Shown: piece after piece, positions 14,849 to 27,530 of the stretch
Layout of the letters: every line of letters starts with the position of its first letter
Position numbering within the stretch: the first letter of the stretch is position 1
Assembly (NCBI GenBank): GCA_964016885.1
Contig: OZ024745.1
Location: forward strand, 27,652,001-27,716,000
Reading direction: 5' to 3'
DNA length: 64,000 bases
Source of the DNA: Eledone cirrhosa
Taxonomy: Eukaryota
Notes under the pieces: model-generated
Database searches by the model: none
Seen by the model: the letters and a program-made list of their open reading frames with translations, nothing else
What the model was told of the DNA's origin: nothing
Position numbers and translations under genes: made by a program

Positions 14849-14949
14849 TAATCCAACTTATTTTACTAATGGGATAAAACATTATAAACCGTACACAGTC
14901 CCGCGCTTCTTACTTTATTATAGTTTAGATATTAGAAATTCTAAGTTTT

Positions 14950-15210
14950 AAAGTCTTTTGCAAGGCAGGAGGCTCGACCGACCGGTGCTTATCCTGGTTT
15001 CGTTGTATAAAGCGACTGAGAGTACAAGGCTGGACGCCTGTCTATCGCAGGGTTAAACCCCCAGCTATTGCTGGTACTCATTTTCAGCTGAGCATACTCG
15101 AGCAAAGTGAAATGAAGTGTTTTTCTTTCAAGAACATAACATACAACCCAGTCCAGGAATCGAACCCACGGCATTATGATTGTAAGACCAATACCACTAG
15201 GCCACGCGCC
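14950..15210 (-). mobile_element. SINE S2
   Basis: Same core and tRNA-like head as 2105-2350. Confidence 0.78.
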
Positions 15211-15946
15211 TCGACTATATTAGAAATACGATATCTTAATTTACAATTGTACTACTATGAAGACGCCCCTATATTTAACTTTATCTTGGTTGTAATCAGG
15301 AATTGAATCCGCTGCCTTTTAATGCTGAGTGTGCATGATTGATTAAGTCTCGTTAACTAATCTTTATCATTATTTTCTTTTTGCATTGAAGCTGAAAATA
15401 GACTACCACAATTTCTAAAATACTATACGTTGCTTCCTTTTATCTTTAACTACTTTCTTCTGCAATAGAAATTCCCTGTAATCTTTCTAAAGTGCTGGTT
15501 GATTTTAATCGAAATATTTTATCTATAAGATGTACATGATAATATTTGACACTATAAGATGAGTTAAAAGGTTACGTTCAATAATCAATCTATTTAATGA
15601 AAAAAAAAACTCTAGCTTTGATAATTAACCTATGAGATTTTGTTTTAAATTGTGATCATCTCAGAGAACTTACTAATCTGAAAAGAAAAGAAAAAAGTAA
15701 ACTCGAGTCTTTTAGATATTGGTAGAGAATCTCAAAATAGAAACTGAAAGAATTACTACGCTCGCTTCTAGCCATTCATTACCAAGAAGCACAATTAAAA
15801 AAAACACGCACTGCAGAGCTCACACTCAGAAGATTATTATGTGAAGGAAAAGAACACACAAATATTCTATATTCTTACAGCTTTAACACGGAATACGTAG
15901 ATTCATTGGTATTGGAATAGTCGTGGATATTTTCAGGACAGCGAGT

Positions 15947-16800
15947 ATTTGTATTTATGTATACCAACACCAACATCACCATCTTCCTCCTCCTCATCAT
16001 ATTTGTATTTATCTATACCAACACCAACATCACCATCTTCCTCCTCCTCATCATATTTGTATTTATCTATACCAACACCAACATCACCATCTTCCTCCTC
16101 CTCATCATATTTGTATTTATGTATACCAACACCAACATCACCATCTTCCTCCTCCTCATCATATTTGTATTTATCTATACCAACACCAACATCACCATCT
16201 TCCTCCTCCTCATCATATTTGTATTTATCTATACCAACACCAACATCACCATCTTCCTCCTCCTCATCATATTTGTATTTATCTATACCAACACCAACAT
16301 CACCATCTTCCTCCTCCTCATCATATTTGTATTTATCTATACCAACACCAACATCACCATCTTCCTCCTCCTCATCATATTTGTATTTATCTATACCAAC
16401 ACCAACATCACCATCTTCCTCCTCCTCATCATATTTGTATTTATGTATACCAACACCAACATCACCATCTTCCTCCTCCTCATCATATTTGTATTTATCT
16501 ATACCAACACCAACATCACCATCTTCCTCCTCCTCATCATATTTGTATTTATCTATACCAACACCAACATCACCATCTTCCTCCTCCTCATCATATTTGT
16601 ATTTATGTATACCAACACCAACATCACCATCTTCCTCCTCCTCATCATATTTGTATTTATCTATACCAACACCAACATCACCATCTTCCTCCTCCTCATC
16701 ATATTTGTATTTATCTATACCAACACCAACATCACCATCTTCCTCCTCCTCATCATATTTGTATTTATGTATACCAACACCAACATCACCATCCTCCTCC
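15947..16800. repeat. 54-bp minisatellite, about 16 units
   Basis: Unit atttgtatttat(c/g)tataccaacaccaacatcaccatcttcctcctcctcatcat. Confidence 0.97.
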
Positions 16801-18471
16801 TCGTCATCATCATCATCTTTCAGTGACGAGAATTCCATTGATTTCATTTATGCGTTATAAGATGACTCGATGCCTATTTCTGACCTAAGAGGATTATGGC
16901 AACGAGGACATGAGAACAGGAACACAACTGGATCCCCAAACCCTTCTTGTTAACCTGCTTCCCTCCCACGACGCCTCTTCTTTATGGATATATATAGAGA
17001 GAGAGGGATATGAAAGTTAAGATATGGCTGTGTTATTGCAGTTAATTTTGGTTTTGTACTTTCTGGACTACTTCTTGAGTTAAAGTGTTCTCTCACCATT
17101 GTTTAAGTGCAGTAGTTAATGTTTTAAACATTCATGTTACCATCACCTCATTGTCCTTTCCGTATTCCTCCAGTCACGTGATTTCAGTTTAATTTTTACT
17201 GAGTTATTCATTAAATCGTTTTATTCTGAATAGATTAAAGAATTATTGTTGCTTTTCATAATTCCTAATTTAGGCACAAGGCCAGTAATTTCGGTGAGAT
17301 GGGAAGAGTGAAAAATCGATTATACCAAACTGTGTACTTGATTGGTACTATATTTTATCGACTCTAGAAGGATGAAAGGCAAAGTTGACCGCGGCGGGTT
17401 TTGCACTCAATTCTCGCTTTACAGATTATCACGGATTACATATTACAGAAATTCTTTGAAGTCGTGTACTTTTGTTGAAGTCGAGTAACAGTTTTGAAGT
17501 CGGGTACTTCGTTTAGTTGTGCCAGAGAAGAAATGCTACAGAAACCAATCTATGTTTTGTAATTTGTGTATTTTTATTATTGATTACATTACAAACTTCT
17601 CTAGATCATGTATGTTTTTCACATAGTCTGTTCAGGATTTAATATTCCTATTTGAAGTTCGCATAATTTTATGATTGTCTTCACTACGCTCATCAAGTTT
17701 TCTCTCTTCATTGTTTTTGTTATTTTATCATTAGCTTTTATCATTATATGTTTTATCTTTCGTTGTCCATAGGAATTAAAATTCAATCGATTTTAATTCA
17801 GTTACTATTTCCACGTTTAAATTATTGTCATATTGAAAAATTGAATGTTAAGAATATTCTATTCTTAAATCTTTCTCCTCCTCCTTTTCATCATTCGTAA
17901 TTGTTTTGTTTATCATTATTCTGTAGCAACGCTAGGCTTCTTCTTTCATATTTCGTTACTTATTTGGTATGAATCACATAAGCAACATAGCCGAGAAAAT
18001 ATCTACGTGGCAGAGATATGTGACAAAAGAAAGCACCACATTGCATGCGCTCATTATTCATGAGCGAGCCAGAAGGAATGACACATATCTCCGTATCTTT
18101 TGTGTTGTCTCTTATTTTGGTCGGAGTAGGGCGTATGGGATCTTAGGACGGACTAAAATATCAGGCCTAATTGGTACTTCATACACCTGCCTACATGTTA
18201 GTGCTGTAATGTATAGGAAGATGCAACACGAGGGTCGCGGTGAAAGACATTTGGCTATGAGATTGACCTTTGACACGTTGTCATCTTTGTGGGAGCAGTC
18301 TACATGGAAAACCAAGTCCTATTGACCAGAAAACCACAAGGCTACTCCAAAACTGTGTCCGTTATGTATGTGGTAATAAAACTCAAGGATACTCGTGGTG
18401 CAGGGCAGAGAGTTCAGCTGTTACGTTGTGGCTTGTCCTTAATAACTTGAAAAACAGAAATTAAGTGAATA

Positions 18472-18661
18472 ATTGTTTCTACTTTTGGCACAAGGCCAGC
18501 AATTATCCAGTACATTACTGGTACTTTATTTTATCGACCCCATAAGGATGAAAGGCAAAGTTAACCTCGGCGGGATTTGAACTCAGAATGGCAAGGGCCG
18601 TAACTCTATGCGCCAAAGCATGGCGTCCAACCCTCTACCGATACTGCCAATTCACCGCCCT
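18472..18661 (-). mobile_element. S1 SINE, full length
   Basis: Matches the S1 consensus; flanked by a gtgaataat direct repeat. Confidence 0.85.
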
Positions 18662-18697
18662 TGTGAATAATAATCAACAAACGGTGTCCAGCAAATT

Positions 18698-18892
18698 CAT
18701 CGCAAGTAATTATAGGGCTATCAGTAGGAAATACATCGGAAGTAATTATAGGGCTATCAGTAGGAAATACATCGCCAAGTAATTATAGGGCTATCAGTAG
18801 GAAATACATCGCAAGTATATATAGGGCTATCAGTAGGAAATACATCGCCAAGTAATTATAGGGCTATCAGTAGGAAATACATTGCCAAGTAT
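18698..18892. repeat. 36-37-bp tandem repeat, about 5 copies
   Basis: Unit catcg(c)caagtaattatagggctatcagtaggaaata. Confidence 0.92.
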
Positions 18893-18924
18893 ATAATTTC
18901 AGGTAGAGTCATTACTTCTCCGAT

Positions 18925-19170
18925 ATTACGGGTATGTGGATAGAATGTCTCAAGAAGGGATCGCTGGGCAGATTATAAAGCAAAGTAAAACCAGGCGACA
19001 AGAGACCTATGGGTAGACACCGAGCAAGATAGTTGGATAACATATATGAGTTCGGCTGGTTTCGTTTGGAGATGCAGCTGGATCAATTGAAGTCGGTTGC
19101 TTTAAACCCGCCGGAAGGAGTGTTTGAGGACTCTGAACCCCCCCCCCCCCAACCCTCTCAGGAATAAGTG
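18925..19170 (+). pseudogene. Old RTE-like LINE C-terminal remnant
   Basis: GYVDRMSQE...KRPMGRHRAR*LDNI resembles the RTE GHV-RM...RPRGRP-RW-D motif. Confidence 0.5.
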
Positions 19171-21969
19171 AACGAAGAAAAAGAAAATTACATAACTAAC
19201 TTAAACTTCATCTATAAATTCTTGGTGATGCCAAATACATCATGAGCAAATTTGTTCTTATGCGTTTTACCCGCAAAATAAATGTATCACGAAATATTTA
19301 ATCTTTTTAGTCGCATGATAATTACATCACATTTAATTAACAACGAAAAATAAATAAAAAAATGAAAATGTAAATTTTATTCAATATTTACACGACCCTC
19401 AACCTCATAAAATAAACAAAGAAACATATTAATTTAGAAAATAAAATTTAAAAAAAAGCTGTAATACATAACACAAATTCAAATTAGAGAAGGCAGAAAA
19501 AATATTTGAAAAAAAAAAAATCATGAGCAATGTTTCTTAAACAATTCACTATTTCGTGATTTTTGTATTCATTAGCGGTGCATTGAATTCTTACTGTACT
19601 GTCTTTTTATTTATTTCTATGATCTGGAATATCTGCGTGGTTTGTCATCATGTTTCTCTATTCTCTGTTAAGGCATGTGGCGTATTTACTTTGCGAATAA
19701 AATGTTTATACTTTGTGTATGACAATGAGTTTACCGACGACGTGTTGGCCCTTAAATACACTGTATGTATGTATGTATGTATGTATGTATGTATGTACCG
19801 TAACTCCAGGTGGTGTGGTGGGAGCGTCGTAGTGACATACGGCGTTACGTGGGTATCTTTCAAAACCAAGCGGGTTTTATTTGCTTTTTGTACAAAATTT
19901 AAATGTCTAAACATCTCCACATGTTTTGAAACCACTTGGTATGACACATTTATGGGTCTTTGTACCCAGTAAAAAAATTATCATTATTATTCCCTCTGTG
20001 CAATCATGCCACAAGCACTCAGTTTCTGCCTTCTTCCCACATAACCTTCGCTTATTTGTTTCATCTGTGTTATACATATTCCTTATCGAGTTTGTATTTT
20101 AGGGCTTGATCTTTTCCCTCAAATTGCTGACATCGTGCCTATATTCAAAATAATTATTTATTTATATTATTTATTTCTTCTATTTCATTCCATTCTTCCC
20201 TACATCGTATATTGAACCGTTACATATTTTCCTAAATAGAACTAAAGAATCCTCATTTCCGTACATTTTTGACTGGGGTCTCGTGTTCAAAAACTGCTCA
20301 GAAAATGTTTTAGATATGTGTTGAACTTAAGGAATTTTAAAGTGATTGCTGAATAGATATTAATGTTGTTGGACATCTAATTTACCGTTTGTAGTTACTT
20401 CAGACTCATCTTTTCGGAAACTGATTGATAATTAACAATTCAATTATATTGTAGTCTTTTTTTTTTGTTTTTGTTTTTCTGGAATTATTTGGTTTTGGAT
20501 TAGTGTTTCGTTTACAGATTCAAAATTATCTCGGACAGGAAAGTTCATAATTATCAACCGTCGATGGTGTTGTGGTGTGTCATTCTATCTGTTTCCAATT
20601 AACAGTCAGTGCTCATGAATTTTACAGGCCATCTGAAGCTGACATGATTGATGCGATTGATTCCTATACTGAATAATACTAAATATGTGCATGTCAAACT
20701 TCCTGGACAATGACGGAACAGCTTCTATTGTTTGTAACACGGTGAACCTCACAAAAGTTAACCAAGGAAACAGTTGGTCCACTAAAACTAGACAGCTTGT
20801 TTGACTTACTGTCGGTCTGGAACCAAGCTATGGGTTTAGTATTGATAGGACCAATTCTGTTATCGTGCCAAAGGGAAGTTTATAAGAATTTATTGTATTT
20901 ATAATCTATATAAAGAAAACCTTTTATATATCTATGAGATATAATTAGCTTATCGTTTCGTAGGGTTGTTTCTTATCTTAATTCTCCGTGTCATATGACA
21001 TGTTTTTATGAAGTCAAACTCAGGTAGCTTAGATCATTTCTTGGATAACACAGCGACAAACATTCGTGTCTATTCAACAAAATTTTATATACGATAAAAT
21101 GAAAAAAAAAAACAGCAACAAAAAAAAAACAACAACAACGACAACAAAAACTGTCATTAGAAGATATTTCCAGCACAAAACAAAAATAGGAACAGTAAAT
21201 CTCAGTAATCATTTTCTCTTTTATCACGACAGCTGGCAATGGCAGGATCTTTCATAAATAAGTCGATTTATTTCTTTGAAACCAATATGTTTAGCAATCA
21301 TGCTTTTGTTAACTGTGTCTATGAGGTTGTACGCATGCGTGAATCGTATAACTGTGTCCTACAGCCTATGTGTGGCGTGTGGAGATATTCGGTCATGGCT
21401 GACAGCGTGTGTACATGTGTGTGTATGTTTGTGTGTTTGTGCATTAATTTAGCTGAGCTTTCATAAAGATAAAGATGAAATAATTTTAATTTAAGCGGTT
21501 TATTATTATAGTTTATCGATGTTAACCTAACCAAATCGTTGACGCATATATATAATATGCATAAAACTTAATTGCTTTCCAGTATGAATTTTACATAATT
21601 CATCTTCAAAGTGAAATATTTTACATGAAATTGCCATATGCTACGTGATTACTTCGACACCAAATCAATATGCTAAAATAGTTATTCTTTTTAAACTAAG
21701 CTAAATTATCTAATATTTACAATTTTACATTCGACTTTACTAAATAGTTGTAATATATATTAGTACTACGCATACTGATATGCATAAGCACACAAGCTCG
21801 AATATATAGACGCATGGGTAAACACACTAATCCACATGCATTAATATTCACACATGGGTGTAATTAGACGTGAAAATGAAAACTAGTGTATACCCATAAT
21901 AAAAACATAGCGGATAGTCGCATATAAGCATAAACAGAAAAACACACAGACACGCAAATCGATTTTTAA

Positions 21970-22102
<133 letters not shown>

Positions 22103-22285
22103 ATACATTGGTAGATAGACAAATAGATAGATATACTTACTTTTTGTATTTGTTTTGCAAAATTGTTGGTGTGAAATCGTGTGTTGAAACTGTTATTGTT
22201 ATACTTCAGGAGGGTCAGGTTGCCAATTAAAACAATATATCAGTTAACTTTCACTTTGCTTTTCATTATTAGTTGGTTTAGTAAT

Positions 22286-22316
<31 letters not shown>

Positions 22317-22341
22317 CATATATATATATATATATATATAC

Positions 22342-22421
<80 letters not shown>

Positions 22422-22651
22422 TTTTTCCTATGGAAAATCTGCTTCGTAGAATCAAGTTCGATCATCACATCGATCGTGCCTCGAGCTGGTCGTCAGAGAA
22501 ACGATTGTAATATGTCCAATAAATCCCATTCGTCGCAACACTGATTCCCTTTTTTTCTGTGATATCATACTCTGCTCTATGAGAGCATCGAGTGCTCATA
22601 CGGCCTACCGCATACGGACGCTTTAAGCATCCAACACCAATTATATATATA

Positions 22652-22687
<36 letters not shown>

Positions 22688-22706
22688 CATATAAATATAT
22701 ATATAT

Positions 22707-22816
<110 letters not shown>

Positions 22817-23699
22817 GGGGGGGGGGGATCTGTGAAAGAGAGAGACAGAGAGAAAATAAAATACAATTAACCGGAAGTCAGAGCAATTCATGTCTCTTGA
22901 CCAATCAATCCACATCAAAATTATCCAGTGTTGATCAAGTTTTTTTTTTGTTTTCTATATAAAATATTGAAAATCAATCATTTCTAGGCTGGCATATATT
23001 TCCAGTTTATTTAGCAAATATCTCACTCTATCTCTCTATCGCTATATTACACATTGTATTGATTCCTCCTGGAGTTAATAGATTCCTATAAAGCCATTAA
23101 AAATGAAAATGGCATATTTGAAATTTTTCTAATCGTATAGATGTTAATACTATTAATATCAATACTCTCTATAAACAAACAACAAAATATAAAACTCTTT
23201 TTTTATATATAAATATTCAGTTACGATAATTGCATATTATCAGACATCGTAAAGTTTTATATTAGAGCAGATATCTTTAGAAGTGTTTGACCTACTGCTA
23301 GTATATTTATATCTATATCCATAAATTCTGGTTGCTTGGTCACATCATAAAAATAATTTAGGCGAAAGGTATGAAACATATCTAGCAGAATAGGTATTTA
23401 TGAACATAAAATATGATCCATTTACTACCTGTGGAGAAATCTTCCGCTAAAAAAAAAAAAAATGTCCGTGCAGAAAGAAAAAGAAAGAAAAGAAACAAGC
23501 GAATTGAAGATCGTTTTATGGAAATGGCTGAAGAATGGATAATTAATACCAAACAATTTCAGAAGAGGTTAGGCTTTAAAAAATTCTTTGATAATTGTAG
23601 GTTGTTTACCATTTTACTAAGTATTATCAATTGTAAAACAAATATTCAAAATACCCTGCATACATTGCTGTTGAGTATCACGGAGAATATTACCTTGTA

Positions 23700-24095
23700 T
23701 GGTATCAGATGCAGTGACACTTTCCTCAGCGGCAATCTGTGCATTCGGCGACTACCCCAGGTTTCGTTGGTCATTAAGCGGAAGAGAGAAAACTGTCGAA
23801 GTATCTGTTGCTCTCCGATAGGTTTGTGGCCAAACCTGTAGCAGTGTAGACTTCTGGTGATCTTGGACCCCGGGTCACCTCCCTACTCATTACTATCGCA
23901 GTGGAGTTTGCCACGTGCAAGAGGGGGCTCTGCGAATTGGAATGACTACTCCAACATGTCTTTCGGAGTAACGTTTCTCCATTCTGTTTGCTGTGACAAT
24001 GAGTCGACCTACACATGGGCTCCCACACACCAGAGAACGCTGTCCCACACCGTCCGAGTCTGCATCCCTAAGGAGCCGATGCTGAGTTGGGCTGT
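23700..24095 (-). pseudogene. Degenerate CRE-clade REL endonuclease fragment
   Basis: Nucleotide similarity to 24770-25170 (tcccacacaccagagaacgc, gtagacttctggtgatcttggaccc). Confidence 0.7.
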
Positions 24096-24719
24096 TGTTT
24101 GAAAGACATGTTCTAGAGAGATGGCTGTTGTTTGGAATGTCTCACAAAACTACCAAAGGCTAGTTGTGAGAAACCGACCCTAAACTTGCTTAGTATTGGA
24201 ATTACATTGTCATTCTGTTTGCCCATGCCAGATATTAGATACATGATAACAATTTATAGGCTCAGAACACCAGATATTCTACGTTCACAATATATTCTGG
24301 ATGTTTACTTGTAGCCGGTGTTAGGGGAGTGTTTTCATTTAATTCATTCCCTTATCGATTTCTGAATGTGTTTCTTTTTATTCAAAGAAGTTTTTAAAAG
24401 AAAAGATGTCCACATAATCACATTAGATTAATATTTAGACACTGTACAATTTAGAAGATGCGCAGTCATCTATAAAATACCAAATATTCAATTATTTGAT
24501 TTCTCATCACCCCAAACTAAATAGTAAAAAGGTCGCTCAGTACAAGGGACATTAACCCACAAACCTACATGGGGTTATAGAACATCACTTGAACATTGTT
24601 TAAATCGAAGTGATGACTATTCATTTCAGATCAAACTACTGGCCATGATGAACTCTGCACAAATACTATAAAGTTGATTAAAACAAAGAGGCAAGTGTGT
24701 TATATATATGTATGAGATG

Positions 24720-27530
24720 AAAGAATGGTATTTCACTAATGTATTGGTACGCGATGGGGCCCACCCACAGCCCGGGCGGACAGAATGGAGAAGGCGTTTC
24801 CCCGGAGGACGGCAAGGGAGACGCGCTGGAAAAGCCACTCAAACTCGCGGGGTTCACACCTACGGCTCGCCAGCTCAGCGCCTATAGTGGTGAGTAAGGA
24901 GGTAGCCCTGGGGCCGAGGACACCAGAAGTTTCCACTGCCAGGGGAACGACCACAAACCTGCCGGAGAGCGACCGGTATTTGAGGAGTTTGGCCCCCTCA
25001 GCCCGACGTGTAGCAGAACCTGGGTCAGTCGCAGACTGCACCAGGTTGCGGCTTCAGAAAGTGTTGGTGCAAGTGGAATCCCAGACGAGGGGTTTGCCAC
25101 CGCGGAACGGGAAGATGGTCATGCCATCTGGCCTTTTGCCGTCCCCTCGATCGAGCCACACCGGCTCGAGCTGGGAAGGGAAGCCTGCAGCATCCAAGCC
25201 ATGCTTAATGACCTCGTTGAGGGCAGTATGGCGTGGAATGCGGCCGGCACTGTGGCGACAGGAAAGCGGGTGGAGGCCGAAAGAGTCCACGGTGGAACCG
25301 CAGCAACATTGGTGTGGCTGGCAGATCCGGAGGCCGAGTCTCAGGAAAACGCCGATTCGCAGGCTATGGTTGTCTAGCTTCGTGCCAGTGGAGAAGGAGG
25401 GCAGAGCATGGAGCCAGGCACCACTGTGGGGTTTGGAGGCTGCACGAAAACAAGCAAGGCGGGGTGACTTGACGTCAAAAGGGGGAGAAGGAGGAGGGAC
25501 GTCTACTGGGCCAAGTCCCAGCCGGTCCCACGTCTCACAGGCGGCCTCACGTTCTCTGAACACAGAGGGTTCTGTTGTGTTTTGAAGAACCCTGCTGACG
25601 AGGACGCGGCACGAGACTACCGACGAAAGATACGCCAGCAAAACTAGTGAGATCGGGGACCGGAGGCCTAGGCCGCCATACCTGACCGGTAAAGTGGCCT
25701 ATTGCCACCTTATGTCGTCAAACTTGACGTTGCATATCCCCTCGGCTGCTGCCCGGATACAAGTATCGAGGTCAGCGAGGAGAGATATCTGGGTGTAGCA
25801 TGGAGCGCTGCGGAGTGTATAGAAGAGCTTCGGCATGGCGAAGAAGTTCCTCAGCAGAAAGAGAGCTGGGTGGCCCTCAAGCAAGCCCAGGCGGCTCGTG
25901 AGAGTCTGGAGCTGTTGAAGCCTAGACCTGATGGTGGAGCGGATGGCCGGCGGGTGGATCGGTGACTCGAGGATGAGGATATCCTCTTTGGGGGTCACCT
26001 GAACCTGGCGGAGAATGGACCGCACGTCCAAGACGGAGGCTGCAAAGTTCACAGCATCGAGGCTGACGTTCACCACCTCCGACTTGGCCGAGTTGACCTC
26101 GAGGCCGATTCCTGCCAGGGAATCACCCAACGTAGCATCATCCAGATACCAAACGTTGAGACGAGCCGTGATACTCCAGGCGATGTGGTTAACACCAAGG
26201 GCGAACAGGAGGGGTCCCAAAAGGTCGCCCTGTTGGACCCCAGTAGCCGAGGGTATGACCGTATCAGCAGCTATGAGCATGCTCGGGGCCCCATTTGACA
26301 GGTAGGCCAGCGGGTAGGCAGAGGGGGCTCGGCTGAGGCAGGCCTCGAGCAGATGATCCCAGCGTAAAGAGTTAAAGGCATTCCTCATGTCAAGCTTGAC
26401 AATGAGGTGCCTGGAGTCTCTGGATGCCGGTACCGAAGGGCAGCTGCTGAAGAACTGCCTGATTGCATGAGAGGCTCCCTCACAGCCACCGGACACGCCG
26501 ACACCAAGATGCACCGGACTAAACTCCTCACCCAGTTCATGTGTGACGGACTTGCAGATGACCTTGGCAGCCAGCCTCCGGAAGACATTGCCCACAGCAA
26601 TGGGGCGTATGCCACCCTCTTTCTTCTTGAGAGCGGTGAAGCTGGCCGAGAAAAAGAGGCCTCGGGCGTAAAGGTCGAGGTCACCATGAATGAGCCTATT
26701 GGTGGTGAGCGCCACAATTGCATTCAGAAGGCGGCGCCCGGCCTCAGCAGAGAGGGGGGATGTCAACTCCTTGAGGTGGCCTGGTAAGGACCTGATGGCG
26801 GACATGATATCTGCATCAGTAGCCACAAAGAGCAGGTGGGGGTCGGGTGGGGTTATGGGTCTGAGATCAGTGGGTGGCTCAGGGTGTTTGAGCCGCAGAG
26901 CAGCCAGGATCTCCTCGGTGGGTTGGAGGACAGTGTCCTCTGAGGCAACAACTCTGATTGCGGCCGAGACATCACCTATGATAATCTTTGCGTTTACCTG
27001 GTCACGCAAACGCTTGGCGCTGGCCTCGGGGGTGGAGGATAGAGGGTACCTGAGGATGGGGTGTGTGGCGTACCTGGGAACGCTTGGAATGAGCGCTCGC
27101 CCAAATGACGAGACATTGGCCTTGACGAAGGCTGCTGCTGCACCCCAAACTGTTCCGGCCCCTCTTCCGTTTGTTAGTAGTGCCGCAAGTGCTGCAGGTG
27201 TCGATTTGGAGGGGTGGGCGATGGGGCGTGGGGCCGGGGACTGGGGCACTGAGCGCCATCAGGGGTGGGTGGCTGGTGTGTGTGGTTGGAAGGGAAAGTG
27301 CTGGTAAGAGGGCAGCATAGCTCACCTATATATATGGAGGTGCCAGAAAACGAGAGCGAAAAGGGGCTGCATGGAGCGGGAGACACAGGAAGGTAGAATG
27401 GCAGTAAATGAATGAATGAATGGATGGATGTACACAACAAAAGGGAAGGGGGAGGGGACAAGGGGTTGTTCCCAGCGGAAAGACCCAGAATTCAACACGC
27501 ACACATGCGAGCAACTGAGCAGTTTGTCAA
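24720..27530 (-). mobile_element. CRE-clade non-LTR retrotransposon (RT + CCHC + REL endonuclease), frameshifted
   Basis: GGIRPIAVG, KLDMRNAFNS, GVQQGD, WYLDD; CCCG...HPLSC knuckle; RH...KRPDG...LVWDSTC...PLAVE REL motif; split across ORFs 25699-27249, 25054-25641 and 24736-25041. Confidence 0.9.

Noticed and set aside
15947-18892. Tandem arrays as CRISPR
   Set aside because: No unique spacers, no cas genes, eukaryotic context.
24785-27307. Long plus-strand ORFs over the CRE element
   Set aside because: Antisense shadows of a GC-rich coding strand, with no motifs of their own.
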